Source: Eledone cirrhosa (Eukaryota). From it: 64,000 bases of DNA. The DNA lies in the NCBI GenBank assembly GCA_964016885.1, contig OZ024741.1:233058001-233122000 (forward strand), read 5' to 3'. The position numbers and the translations under genes were made by a program. The notes beneath the pieces are model-generated. The model did no database searches. It saw nothing but the letters and a program-made list of their open reading frames with translations, and was not told the DNA's origin. This document shows, piece after piece, positions 25,960 to 38,499 of the stretch (its first letter is position 1; the number at the start of each line of letters is the position of its first letter).

Positions 25960-26700
25960 GAGGTTATATTTAATTTGTTGGGATTGAACAAGCTTAAATT
26001 TTTTTAGAACTGATATAAAGCACTCAACAAGTTAGTGGAGTAAATACACAATATATTAATAAATTCCTTTAGGAATATTGGTAAAAAATCTTCAACTTCC
26101 CTATCTAACTTATTATGGGACTTGAAATCCAAGAATATTAACTATTCTTTACTTTGGAAAATTATTTCCAAAGCCTCTTCATACACTGCTTTATCCCAAA
26201 ATTGGTCACTTTGCGTTGAAGAAATATTCTTTATACTAAAAAGTAAGAACTCTATTAATTTGCGAAATAATTTATTTAGTTCCTGCAAACATCGTTTAAA
26301 CTCAACTTTTAAATATATATATAAAATGTAATATATGATTTATCTCCTTTACATAATGTCTTCTATATCTATATATGATTCATATATTTAATTTACTTTC
26401 TATTATCTCTACCTCACATATATATACTATATACTTTATAATATTACACCTATCGATAGATTATAAAAAAATTTTATATGACTGCTTGAAACTCCTTTAA
26501 GAAAAATTTTTTATTGAAAAACTTACGGAAGGTTTTAAGAAAAATCTTTTGAAAATTCCTTTGAAAGATATAGAAAAACCATTATTTTCATACCTTCCAA
26601 TATTTTTATATTTTTATATCTTCAAACGTTTTTAATATATATATCCAAATGTTTATATGTTGAAAAACATATGATTTTTATATATAGGTTTTTTTATATA
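25957..26700 (+). mobile_element. Short copy of the 10931-15190 Penelope family with an inverted 3'-end piece
   Basis: 26066-26331 matches the end of ORF 12310. 25957-26065 is the reverse complement of ~15085-15190. Confidence 0.8.
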
Positions 26701-26859
26701 TATGTGTAATAACCTATGGTTTATGCTTTAAATATATTCTTAAGATAAATTTTTTTTTTAAACTTTATAGCAAGCTTCACACTTTATCCTTCACACTTTA
26801 TCCTGCACGTTGACAACTATATGATAATAATCCCATCTCTTAACACAAACATCCAGGAA

Positions 26860-28030
26860 AGAATCAAAGACATCAGAGACAATAGAAAAATCAATTATTG
26901 AGCTATGTCCCCGATTCCCTTTATACCATGTGTATTTATGGATTTCCTTTTGTTAAAAGAAAGTGTTACTATCGCTTAGCTTAGATCTTTTATTTCTTTG
27001 TGTATTGGCATATCGCAGATTAGGGTGTTTTGTTATTTTCTGGTAACTTTGCTGGTGTTATTCTTTACTAACGTTGGTATTTCATATGTATGTAAGTCCC
27101 AGCTCTTTCGTGTTTGTTGATACATCTTTATTTATTTTTTTTTTTTTTTGTAAGACTGTGTAACTAAAGATTCTTCCGCACCCACATATATTCTGTAGTT
27201 ACAGTATTCCGATTCCTTATGAATTTTTAGTGGTTTCCGGTAAAGATGCCTTCATCCTATTCTGCAACTATGAATCCTTCAGTCTCAGCTTTTGGTTTAG
27301 TTTGTCGTAACCAGCTATTTTAATTGTTCATGCCCACTTCCTCACAATCCAATTTTTTAATCGGTATTCGCTATATAGGGGTTTCTTCATTTGGCATAAT
27401 GATAGTAACTTCTCGCTAGAGAAGTTACTTTCATCTTCAGATGATTCTGGTCAAAATTTCATACATAATTTTGCAGCAATGTACTGTCTGCAGCAAGGTT
27501 ATCTCCTGTCGTCGGGGTACAATGATGTTAATTTACTACTCATAAAATGTATTTCCAAACCCCGTCCTGATTAGTATATCAGATTAAAAAAAAGGCAGTG
27601 GTAGGCAGAAGAGAATCGGTTATAGGGATTCTCCTTGAAATATCCATATGTTAATTTGGATGTGCTATGTGGTTATAACACCCTCTTTCTTCTACGTTTG
27701 CTGAATTGTATGCCACTTACTCGTGATCAGTATTAAGATGTAGGGAAAACTGCCAAAATCTCTCTGGTAATCAATACATGCCATGTTGAGATATTTTCTT
27801 TATTTTTTAGCAATTTTCTCTTGTGATTTGTTTATTGGTTATGTCGTCTTTAGAGCCATATGAGGTTTTGAAAATTCTTTGTAATCTTCTGGAAAGAGGT
27901 TGTTGTTCGATTGCTCCGTCAGTTTATGCAATATAATTGCAATTGAGATATTGAGGTACGTTTTAGGTTATAGATTTGAGGTTTTGCTGTGTCATTATTT
28001 TAGGCGCAACAGGGTGTTTTTTCCACTCAG
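26860..28030 (-). mobile_element. Highly degenerate R4/Dong-like LINE fragment
   Basis: Minus strand SWLRQTKPKAETEGFIVAE*D, plus remnants of the CRxC and PDI motifs. Confidence 0.6.
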
Positions 28031-28084
28031 TGAGCCTGTCAGATGCTATATCTGACTTTGTCAGCATCACATTAAATTTTTCTG

Positions 28085-28268
28085 CGTGGACTGGCAGTAT
28101 CGATAGAGGGTTGGACGCCATGCTTTGACGCATGGAGTTACGGCCCTTTCCATTCTGAGTTCAAATCCCGTCGAGGTTAATTTTGCCTTTCATCCTTATG
28201 GGGTCGATAAAATAAAGTACCAGTAATGCACTGGGTAATTGCAGGCCTTGTGCCAAAAGTAGAAACAA
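28085..28268 (+). mobile_element. OK-like SINE
   Basis: Same family as 20370. Confidence 0.85.
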
Positions 28269-28939
28269 TAAAATTTTTCTGCGCGTACACCATGTTTCCC
28301 TGTTAAATATTTCAGTAAGTGTTCGGATACAGTCAATGCCTGCCAATTTCTTGCATCTGTCAGTGTGTTAGTCAAATCCTCTGTTTTATTGTTCAGGCGG
28401 TTGTTTCGTTAAACCAAGTAGTCCTGTACGTGGTGGTTCCACTGCTGCCAATACTTCGCCCCAGAACTCCTTGACTGTTTAAACTTTATGGGCTATATTT
28501 ACCGCTATTATGCTTCTACTTAGTTCCTGGTATAGTCATCTTCTGTCAACATAAAATCGCTGTTTTTTTCAAAAATGTATATGTTGTGCCTTTTGGAGCA
28601 TATGTATTCATTGGTTTCAGTTATTTACCTTTTTATTATTTTATATATCTTTGGTATTCTTATGTATCTCTTTGTTTTAATTAATTCTATGGTGGCCAAG
28701 TAAGTATTTTGTTACTATTTGTGATTAATCTTATATTTTGGAGGTGATAGTTGTTGGTAATGATTTATACATTTGTGGCATTTTTTTCTCCTAAATGCTA
28801 CACATGAGTACTGTCGTATTTTCATTTTCAGTGTACATTTTTTGCAAGAGTCGAAAAATTCCTCTCGTGTCTCTTTCTGTCATTTCAGTATCACTTTTCT
28901 TGGATAAGAACTGGGAAGTCGTAACGAGTAAGGTGGCTA

Positions 28940-30170
28940 CTCTCACCCAGAAATGCGCTGGGAGGAAGCTATCCCTGACAGGTCGGGTGGAGGTCACGAA
29001 ACTGTCCGTCAACTATTTTCCAGGTGACAGTCGTACATTTCCCCTGTCAGTGTCTCACTAGATTGTAGTGGCGGCACTTCATCTTCTTTTGGAAGGGACA
29101 GGTTCCAACTGTGAGGTGGTAAATATGCTATTTGCACTCTCTACATGGAGGCTGATGATGAGCAAACACGCACTGAGATCACGAAATCTCCAGATATTGC
29201 TGGAAGTTGAACAGTTGTGGTCACTGTTAGTCAGATAGTCCTTTCCCCAGATCCTCTCTTTGACTGAACTGCAGTCGTGGATGAAGCAAATAGTGTGACT
29301 GGGTGACTGGCAGCTAGAATATTATCAGGCACTGATAGACTTTTATCAATCGGGCAATGCGGTTAGTGGAAATTCCACTCTAGCCTTCTCTAGCCGACCA
29401 GTTTTGGAGCAAGCCCAATGACGCTTCGGAGAGATTCTTGGCGTCGAAGAGATCGAACTAATCAATCCGTTCCGGAGAACTTTCAAGTAAGGGAATTGAA
29501 TATTTTCCAGCAATCCCTGGCTTGGTTCTGTTCCCGGGAATACTGCCAGTTCGTGATCCACTCACCATGCATGGTAGTGATGTCAGACGAATATTTCCGA
29601 GATGCCTACAGAGCGATGAAGCCGTTCTGCACGCACCCTTCCAGTGCCCCATTATTGATATCTTGTGAAGTTATGTTGGACTGCTGTTACCAGGTGTTGC
29701 ACGGATCTGTATATTGACTGAGAACATCGCGAAGATAGCTCCATCGCCTACTTTTGGCCGGGAAGAGTAGACTGCTTTTCACTCATTGGTGGCTGTAACT
29801 AAAGAGATTGTGATGAACGAGGCTGAAAGGACTGAAGAAAGACACTTTCCTTTTAAGCCAAGCCCTCATCAACTTTTCTCAGTTCTACTTGTAAAGGAAG
29901 GTAAGGGTGGAGAGAGAAAATTTGTGTGATTGTTGCAAGAATAGTCGGGATGAGTGGGCCCACTCTGACAATGCGATTATAGGCTGGAAGGATTAATGGA
30001 GAAAACGTGTCCATGGAGAGTAGGGTGGTTTAGTATTCCTGGGGTGTCTTAGTCAGCACTGACTGACACTCAAATCTATGGTGGAATTACATAGTTATAA
30101 TTGTTATTGTTTTTTTATTTGTTACACTCCTCTTTACACGATTTTATGTAAACCCTCATTGTTCCTGTTT
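28940..30170 (+). mobile_element. Degenerate Tx1-like LINE 3' part
   Basis: Nucleotide similarity to the reverse complement of 1037-2001, e.g. CCGTTCTGCACGCAC..TCCA.TG.CC. Confidence 0.6.
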
Positions 30171-31871
30171 TTGTAATGACACATATTGGTTCATCCGTTA
30201 ACATTCTATAAACTGCAGAATCCCAGGTGGGGGTGATTCCTCATGGATCGAGCGGACACAATTGTAAAAGACGTGATCCCAGGGGATAGCACTTATTTGA
30301 CGCTGAAAGAGGAAGCCCAATTCATGGCGCTCTCTCTTCCAACTGGCCATTTCCATCCGAAACGCTAAGTAGGACAATGTACACAGTACGCCAACTGCAT
30401 CGACCTATATAAGTTTAATTATAAAACTACGGGAAAGTAGCCCGTATTCTAACAACTTATGATCTTCAGGTTTTCTGGTTATAAATGATAGCACAGTTGC
30501 TGAATACACCAGCTTTATGCTGGGTAATATATCTCTGCATCTCTCATTCCAGATGAAGGACATACCATCACAGACCGTGAATATTTTGTTACAATCTGAC
30601 ATTTCACCTTTACCTTGGTCTAAACCCTCCAGTTCCAACTATGATCGGAACTCAGTTGCGTCTAAGCCACGCTTGATGATTTCACTGAAATGTGAACGTC
30701 TTAGCTGGCAGCCAGCGCTGAGGTGATATAATAACAAATGAAGACCGACGGTGTCTAACATGGATCTGCAACGGAATTTATGTTGCTCAAAGATTCTGAG
30801 ACTAGCTCTAAAAGCAACTTTGGTATCGAAATGATTGCTGTCCAGTTGGGTACCAGGTGACTGCGAAGGTGCGTTATTAAACCCGGCATGTAGTTACGAG
30901 GCAGAGTGGAATCCTGCTAGGCGTTGCTGGATGCTGTACCTATTTTGTTGTGTCGGTTGAACAACCACAGAATTAATTTCAATCTGTTTCATTTGCGTAG
31001 ACTCATGAGTCCTGATAGTTATCAGTTCTGTAGACATTCGTTGTGTTCAAACTGGATGTGTCATGTCTGTTCTGTGCCAGGCTATATGCCGATATAAAGA
31101 ACAGAACTGATATTAACACGTCATTAGTTGTAATTGGTAAGTTGCTTGTTTGTTTATGCACATCCCCCTACAATATAAAAATTTGATTGTTGTCATATCG
31201 TATAGATAAATCTTTTCTTCATCAATTCCAAGTATCAGTCTTTCATAGGCAGTTTCTAGTTCTTGTATTTTAGGGTGGATGTGCACAACCAAATTGGTAC
31301 GTCGAGCACAACCAAATTGGTAATTTATCTATTTGGTTGTGCTCGACGTAGTCAACTGAAACGTTTATTATTAATGCCTAGTTGATATTAGTTGCTTTCT
31401 TTAAATCTGCATATAGCCTAGCGTGGAGGAGATATGAAACATCTCAAGAGATAGTGAAACGGAGGGACCTGTTTTTTCTCGAATATTTGTTTTCGTTTCT
31501 ACCCCTGCTCACCATCAACTATCTTTCTATTTCGTCTTTAATTTCTCAGCCTTAAATGTTAAGTATATTCCTATAATATCAAGCATGAAACTAACATAAC
31601 TTCGTTGAACCTTATCGTTTTTAGTTCTTTTTTTCGTATACGTTTCACACACACACACACATATGTATATATGTATATATATATATATATATACATATAT
31701 ATATGTGTGTTTATGAGTGTGTGTATGTATATACATATGTGTACGCCTCTATGTGTATTCCTCAGGTAACTTGTACACGTGTGTAGGGTCGTTGCAAATC
31801 TTGCATAAAACAAACGAATGTATTTCCTAACTGTTTTTTGTTTGTTTTTTGCTGTTGTTGTTTTTTTTCAG

Positions 31872-31952
31872 GATGCAATCTTATTGCAGCTTGTGCTACA
31901 GATGATCCAACATATGTTAAAGCTTGTGCGGACAATTGTTCAAGAACAGAGG
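31872..31952 (+). CDS. Gene 2 exon (CNLIAACATDDPTYVKACADNCSRTE)
   Basis: Poly-T cag / gtaagt boundaries; 81-nt symmetric phase-1 exon; Cys-rich. Confidence 0.75.
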
Positions 31953-32358
31953 GTAAGTATTCTAGAAATTGATTTTTGTCATATTATATTGACAGGTACT
32001 TTCTTCATTATTTTTCCTTTCTTAAAATTTGGATGATTTTGTTAGTATTATGTCCCTTTCTTGTCATTGTAAATATGTAAATAATTTATGGATGGAGGAC
32101 TTTACATACTAATTTCATTGATAAGCACAATAAATGGAAATCTATTCAACTTTCTAGTATTGCATATAAGTTATAAGTATTTAATAAAATGTTTAATTAG
32201 CATTTGTCATGAACCTTGTCCATGACGCTCAATCGAAAAAGACGTAACTTTGTTATCTTCATCTTAATCTTCCTCCCCCTCAATTTCATTCGTATCAGCA
32301 ATGTCATATATACTTTAACATCTGATTGAGAATAAGTCACCAATTCTCTATTTTTCAG

Positions 32359-32507
32359 AAAATTGCCTCAAATTTGTTGATTGGTTTGGAAAAAAAAAAA
32401 ATTTCAATGTCATTGCCACATTCTCGGTTCGTGTCGATTCCATGCAGGTGGTCGATGTGGACGAGATCATTGTATGGATGGTTATGGAGGTCCAACATGC
32501 GAAAAAC
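32359..32507 (+). CDS. Gene 2 EGF-like exon (CLKFVDWFG..FQCHC..CRF..GRCGRDHCMDGYGGPTCEK), apparently disrupted
   Basis: tttcag acceptor and WFG..CHC..C..C..C..GY.GP.C pattern. An A-run shifts the frame by one and the donor reads ctaagt. Confidence 0.7.
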
Positions 32508-32532
32508 CTAAGTGAAATATTTTTTAATATAT

Positions 32533-32708
32533 ATTTGTTTCTACTTTAGGCACAAGGCCAGCAATTACCCAGTGCATTACTGGTACTTTATTTTATCGAC
32601 CTCGTAAGGATGAAAGGCAAAGTCAACCTCGGCGGGATTTGAACTCAGATCGTAAAGGGACGTAATTATGCTGGAAAGCATGGCATCCGACCCTCTACCG
32701 ATACTGCC
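32533..32708 (-). mobile_element. OK-like SINE with a long flanking duplication
   Basis: CCTAAGTGAAATATTTT.TAATATATATT occurs on both sides (~32507 and ~32714). Confidence 0.85.
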
Positions 32709-33499
32709 AAAACCCTAAGTGAAATATTTTGTAATATATATTGATGAATATTCAGTGCAGGTTTTTCCTACTCCAAGATAAGCTTTATCTTTGAGTCTCA
32801 CATTTTCAGTGAAAACGCACTACATTATTTAGTTTATTATACAAAACTATTGTTAAGTTTTATGTAACATTTGTTTTTCTTTTAAGATTTAGCATCTTGT
32901 ACGCTTTATGCTATAGGGCCCACATGAACCTGGCCCAGTACTGCACATGTTAAACTTTATTTTATGTATATATTCGTATACATATAAAAACATCCAATTA
33001 AGTTCTTTTGAACATCACACACACACATACAGATTCACCCATTAGGTATTTTATCGCGAAAACATTCCTAAAACTCCTAACACCACCCTAACTTACATAT
33101 ACATAGCTAAAACATTCAACTCAAACAATCAATGCAGTCAAATAAAACGATGGCATGAAATATCGAAGTCACATCAATTTTGTTAGTTATAAAATAAATA
33201 TTTCCATGCTATCCATCAGTATTCAGTGCTGAATGAGTTAAAGTTAGAATGTTGTAAATACTTCAGTATTTTAAACTCAAACACACACACATAGGCCACC
33301 AAGCGCCCTATATATATATATATGTATATATATATAATTATATAATTGTGTTAGTGTATGTGTATGTGTATTAATTGGTAGCTGGAGCTTCAATCAGCAA
33401 GCCATTGTGTAATTAGGAAAATTGGACTCACCGTCTTCTATATCCTCTCAATGGTGACTGTGATAATGTTATGCGATTTTTTGCTTTCTCTTTTGAGGT

Positions 33500-34510
33500 T
33501 TTAATTGTTTTTCTAAACGATTTTAATTATTCTACACATGGGGAAAGCCAAATATAATGTTGTTTTCTTTTGCATTTAAACAGAGAAGTTAGGCATTTAC
33601 GTTTCCTAAACTCCTCCATTAACAGGGGAGTAGAGTTTAACACTGTTTCATGAAAAATACCTACCTTGGGAGTAGACCTTAAACATCTCATTATAATTAA
33701 CCAGTTTGGGTACGAAATATATCGACGGTAGCTATTGCTTGTGTTCCCTGAAACCCAGCTGCCATACAAACTTTGGGCGTTGATGACTCTCTTATTATAC
33801 AATCATTAGTATTTATATGTTATGCAGTGGAATTTCTTTAGAATTAGTTTAATTACATGCCATGTTGGAGCCATATATTTTCATTGAAACTCCGATGCGT
33901 TTCCCATATCAAGTAAGATTGTAACCTAATACCAATGATCTTTATGGATTTTTGCGGTATCAGTAGTTGATTCATTAAGTATCTTTCATTACATTGATAA
34001 CTGATATGTTCAGGATTATGGAGGTGAATCAATCTTTTTTAGAGGGATGAAATTGTTGACCCTTTTCTGTTACCCATTAAGCTATAGTTGATTGGGCTTT
34101 GCATAATTCGGTTTTGTTGTGGGTGATACTAGACAAAGTGTATAATAACTGAAAAATCTGATACTTCTACAATTTTATTTGAGATGTAAAGATTTCCTTT
34201 GTGTAATATAGAAAGAGAAATGGGTGAGACTGGGGAAACTTGAAGGCCTCCCTTTAGATTCTATAGTTTAGAAGATAAATAATTTTACTATTCTCGTTTC
34301 TAAGAATTAGACATCTACTACGTTTAGAGAGAATATTTTCAACCCAGTTGCAAAGATAGTTAGGAATTTCATATTGATGTAATTCTTTAACTAGAGTGTC
34401 ATGAACTACGTTATCGTAAGCTCCCTTTATGTCTAGTGAGATCAACCTGATTAGTTTTTTCAAAAGTGTTAGGTTTCTGGTGAATGTGATTATTTCATAT
34501 ACACAATTCC
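33500..34510 (-). mobile_element. Degenerate I/Jockey-like LINE RT fragment
   Basis: LISLDIKGAYDNVVHDTL..L....IP..LCNWVENILSKR. Confidence 0.65.
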
Positions 34511-34544
34511 CAATGTTCCTATCCACTCGAAATTCGAAATGAGA

Positions 34545-35115
34545 TTTGGAGAAACTTAATGTGCAGTGGCGGCATGAGCACAATCCTGGGATCAACCAGT
34601 GGCTCCCACATGACGTTCCGGGTGCCAACTACAAATTCTGTTCGCTGCTCCCAGTTCTTTCTTTTGTAGTGGTCAGAGGTGGCTCTGCTATCCCAAAGCA
34701 GAGGAAGCATTGGAATTTGATAAAGCCTCCTTGGAGTCCAAGCAGGAAAACCACCATCTTGAAGTCTCCAATGATTTCCCAATTGTACTGGTTGTATTGC
34801 AGAGCTTCCAAGAGGACTTTCACACTGTAGTAATCTTCCTTCAGGCAGACTGAATGAGCTAGGGGCAGTGTCGGGAACTTGTTTCCATTGTGGAGGAGGA
34901 CAGCCTTCAAACTTGTGGTAGAGCTGTCTATAAATAGCCGCCACTCCTTGGGCACAAACGGCACCCCAATAACGTCAAACAGTCCAGGCACGTCATGGCA
35001 GAAGCAGAGGCCATCCCTAAGAGTGTAAAAGCCTGAGAAAGGTTCGTGTCGACTTCTCTGATGTGTTACCTGCACTTCTTCCTTGACCAAGTTCCACTGC
35101 TTCATCCTGGAGACG
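34545..35115 (-). mobile_element. DNA transposase fragment, Chapaev3-like (family assignment from recall)
   Basis: EWRLFIDSS..SLKAVLLHNGN, GDFKMV.FLLGLQGGF.K..CFLC, WDSRA, PLV....PPLHIK, with frameshifts. Confidence 0.75.
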
Positions 35116-35484
35116 AATGCTTAAAACACAACTTACCCTTTATTCAGGATGCGAAAATCCAGTATCAATAAATCTCTTTAATCCACTTTTTAACAATTTT
35201 ATACTTTATTGCACTTTTATAATTTTCTTTAGGTATTACTCTTTATTTTATAATTTTAATTTAACCTGAAACATATATATATATATAAAAAATCATTTAA
35301 CATAAGCAAATTAAACTTACATACATTTTCCTATATATATATATATATATTAGAAAGTGAGGTTTTTTTTACAAAATGAAAAATAAGCGAGGTGTTCTAC
35401 AGTGAAAGTATAAAGAAAAAAAGATGAAATCGAAAATGCAACTGGAGTCTTATTTTTTTTAAAATATATATATTTATTTGGTTC

Positions 35485-35520
35485 CTTTACCGGTTTCGCA
35501 GTTCTTCTGCTTTTCAAAAG
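35485..35520 (-). ncRNA. Minimal hammerhead, U3-A8 core variant
   Basis: Reverse complement CUU-UUGAAAA-GCAG(AAGAA)CUGC-GAAA-CCGG-UA^AAG. Confidence 0.75.
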
Positions 35521-35729
35521 TAGAGTTAAGATGGAGGGTCTGTGGTTTTTCTCACATCTGGTTGGTCTCTGAATGTTACTTGTTTTATATGGAAAAAGTG
35601 GCTCGAAATGCCAGGTTTTTCGAGAAGTAATTTGATAGGTTGGTCAATAATTATAATAAATTTCGCGCCAGTTCGCGTTACAAAGTTCTTCAAACAAGGG
35701 GGGTGTCACAGGTTGTTTTTTTCATATAT

Positions 35730-36049
35730 GAGTGTTTGAATTTCTTTTTACTTGAAAAAAGGGGCTCACGAAGGCTTTTTTTTAATAAGCGTAATTTGAT
35801 TGGTTATAAATGAAATTATGGCTGTCACGTGAATAAGTTTTCATTAAATTTTCGCGCCCTTATTTGGAAATCCACTCTGTAGCCTTTTTAGAGAATTTTA
35901 TGATAAGTAAAAGATAATGGTCAAGAGAAATGGGCTGGGAGAATTGTTCTGGTTCAGTGAATATGGTTAGTTCGCTGGGGTGTCAGAATTCAGATTTTCT
36001 ATTGAATAAAGAAAGTAAAGATATGTATGTTTATTTGTGTGCTTGCGTG

Positions 36050-36139
<90 letters not shown>

Positions 36140-36440
36140 GTGTGTGTGTGTTTGAATTTCTTTTTACTTTAAAAAAAGGGGGCTCAGGAAGGCTTTTTTT
36201 TAATAAACGTAATTTGATTGGTTATAAATTAAATTATGGATGTCACGTGAACAAGTTTTCATTAAATTTTCGCGCCCTTATTTGGAAATCTATTCTGTAG
36301 CCTTTTCAGAGAATTTTATGACAAGCAAAAGATAATGGTCAAGAGAAATGGGATGGGAGAATTGTTCTGGTTCAGTGAACATGATTTTCTATTGAATAAA
36401 GAAAGTAAAGATATGTATGTTTATTTGTGTGCTTGTGTGT
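35730..36440. repeat. Tandem duplication of a ~300-bp unit separated by (GT)n
   Basis: GTGTTTGAATTTCTTTTTACTT...GATATGTATGTTTATTTGTGTGC occurs at ~35730 and ~36150. Confidence 0.85.
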
Positions 36441-36957
36441 GTGTGTGTGTGTGTATGTGTGTGTGTATTGGAAGATGATTCTATTAGTAGAAATGGGGGA
36501 GGGAGTTGTGTGTGGATGTATATGGGTGTTATGTGTGTGTGTGTGCGAGTATGTTAAGATGGAGAGAATATATATTTTGTATGTGTGTATATATGTGTGT
36601 AGGAAAGTGATTCTATTAGTAGAAATGGGGGAGGGAGTTGTGTATGTGGGTGGGGGGTTTGTTATGTGTGTGTATTGGTGTTATGTGTGTGGGAGTATGG
36701 TTAGCATGTTAAGATGAAGAGAATATATATATATATTGTGTGTGTGTGTGTGTAGGAAAATGATTCCTTTAGTAGGAATATTTTTGAATGAACATATTTT
36801 CCTTACTTATTCGTATTTGTTCTGTTGTATTGTCAGTGCAAACGTATGTTAAGGTTTATTTAGTTCGGGTTTTTATTTTCTAAAGTAGAAGGTGTTATGT
36901 GTGTGTGTATGTGCCTGTTTGGATGGTTAGCATGTTATGGTGTTGACATAATGTATA

Positions 36958-37540
36958 TTAAACCATATTTAATGCTGGTCTATATTTTTGAATAAACATA
37001 TTTTCCTTATTTATTCGTATTTGTTCTGTTGTATTGTTAGCGCAAAGGTAAAATGGGAAGACTTGGAATTTGGGTGTGTTATTACTTGCGTAAATGTCTA
37101 GATGTGCGCTTAGTGGTATCTGTCTCGTGGTTGGATCTCGTAATTGTTGGCGATGAACTGTCATTCTGTTTCTGAGTGTGAGTTTAGTTTGTCCTATATA
37201 ATCTTCATTGCATCCTTTACATTTAATGGCATAAATTAGATTTTTTGATGAGCAAGTGAAGTGATTTTTTACAGTAAAATTTTGTCCTGATTTAAATGTA
37301 TACGTGTTGCTTTCAATGAGGTGAGTGCAGGTTCCACAATTAGAGCGACCACATTTTTTGACACTTGGTTGTGGGTTTGTGGTAGGTAATTTGGCATTGG
37401 TGAGTAATGTTTTCAGTGATTTCGGTTGTCTTTTGCTTTTGATTATTTTGTGTGTTTCAAGGGCTTTTTTCATTCTTGGGTTTTGTTTTAGTAGTGGGAT
37501 GTTCTTGTGAATAGTATTGTAAGCTTCCGCATTTCATGGG
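36958..37540 (-). mobile_element. Penelope-like (Neptune-like) GIY-YIG 3' fragment
   Basis: RQPKSLK.LL, KCGRSNCGTC, FTCSSKNLIYAIKCKGC..YIGQT..LRNRM..H, E..FI..P.LN. Confidence 0.85.
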
Positions 37541-37791
37541 TTGTGTGTTGAGATATATGATAGAATATCGGACGTACCTTGAATATATATATATATTTGA
37601 AAAGAGAGTAAGGTTCTATACAAAACGGAGGTTATAGAGAAAATGTGGAATTGGCAATAGCACTGAAAATATATATAAAGGATCTGTTGTCTTTTTTCTT
37701 CTTTTATCCATCAAAGTGACATTATCGAGAAAAGGAGAGGTACAATCTATTTTTTTAAAAAGGAGTTTTTTAATGTATATGATATATATAA

Positions 37792-37839
37792 AACATAACC
37801 GGTTTCGATGTATTAGTGTAATCCATCTTATCAAACGTT
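37792..37839 (-). ncRNA. Hammerhead, U3-A8 core variant
   Basis: Reverse complement AACGU-UUGAUAA-GAUGGAUUA(CAC)UAAUACAUC-GAAA-CCGG-UU^AUGUU. Degraded sister copy at 38719-38770. Confidence 0.75.
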
Positions 37840-38388
37840 GAATCTTACAATTAAAAAGAATAAAAAATTTAAAATTAAGTGTTGAAGAAGGACTGTTGAT
37901 CTATCTTGTTGAGAAGAGCACAGGTATATTACTTGCTTATATATATAAATATATATATAAATATATATAAGTTCCTGTCTTTTATTCAATAAATCGTCCT
38001 TAGATTTAGTAATTTCCAAGATCTCCCTGGAACATAATCTGCATTCTCTCCTGTTCCCAAGATATGGAGTTATTTGCATAATGGTATACCACGATAGCAT
38101 GAAATCTATTTTTTTCTTTTTATAGTTATTTACTGCTTCAGCTAAAGATGTGGTGTTAGCTAGTTTTGTATTGTTAAAGCTACTGGAGTGTGCGTAATAT
38201 CTTTTCTTAAATGTGTTCGATATAGATCCCATATATGATTTGTTGGAGTCAGTAGTAGACACAGTGCATTTATATATTACATATATATATATATATATAT
38301 ATATATAACAAAGGAAATGTGGTAAGGAACCAGATGGACCATAACGCACCAGAGTACTCAATACTTCGGGTAGTAGAGTGGGAAATAG

Positions 38389-38499
38389 GAAAAAGTATGA
38401 CACCTACGGCAGAGCTCAAGCCGTTTCGACGGCTATTTCTGAACTAAAAAAATAGCCGTCGAAACTGCTTGAGCTCTGCCGTCGGGGTCATACTTTTTC
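38389..38499. repeat. Palindrome of the hammerhead 3' half (family also at 40523-40634 and 10107-10168)
   Basis: Arm ..AATAGCCGTC-GAAA-C(G/T)GC(TTGAGCTCT)GCCG-TC-GGGGTCATAC mirrored about a central hairpin. Confidence 0.85.
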
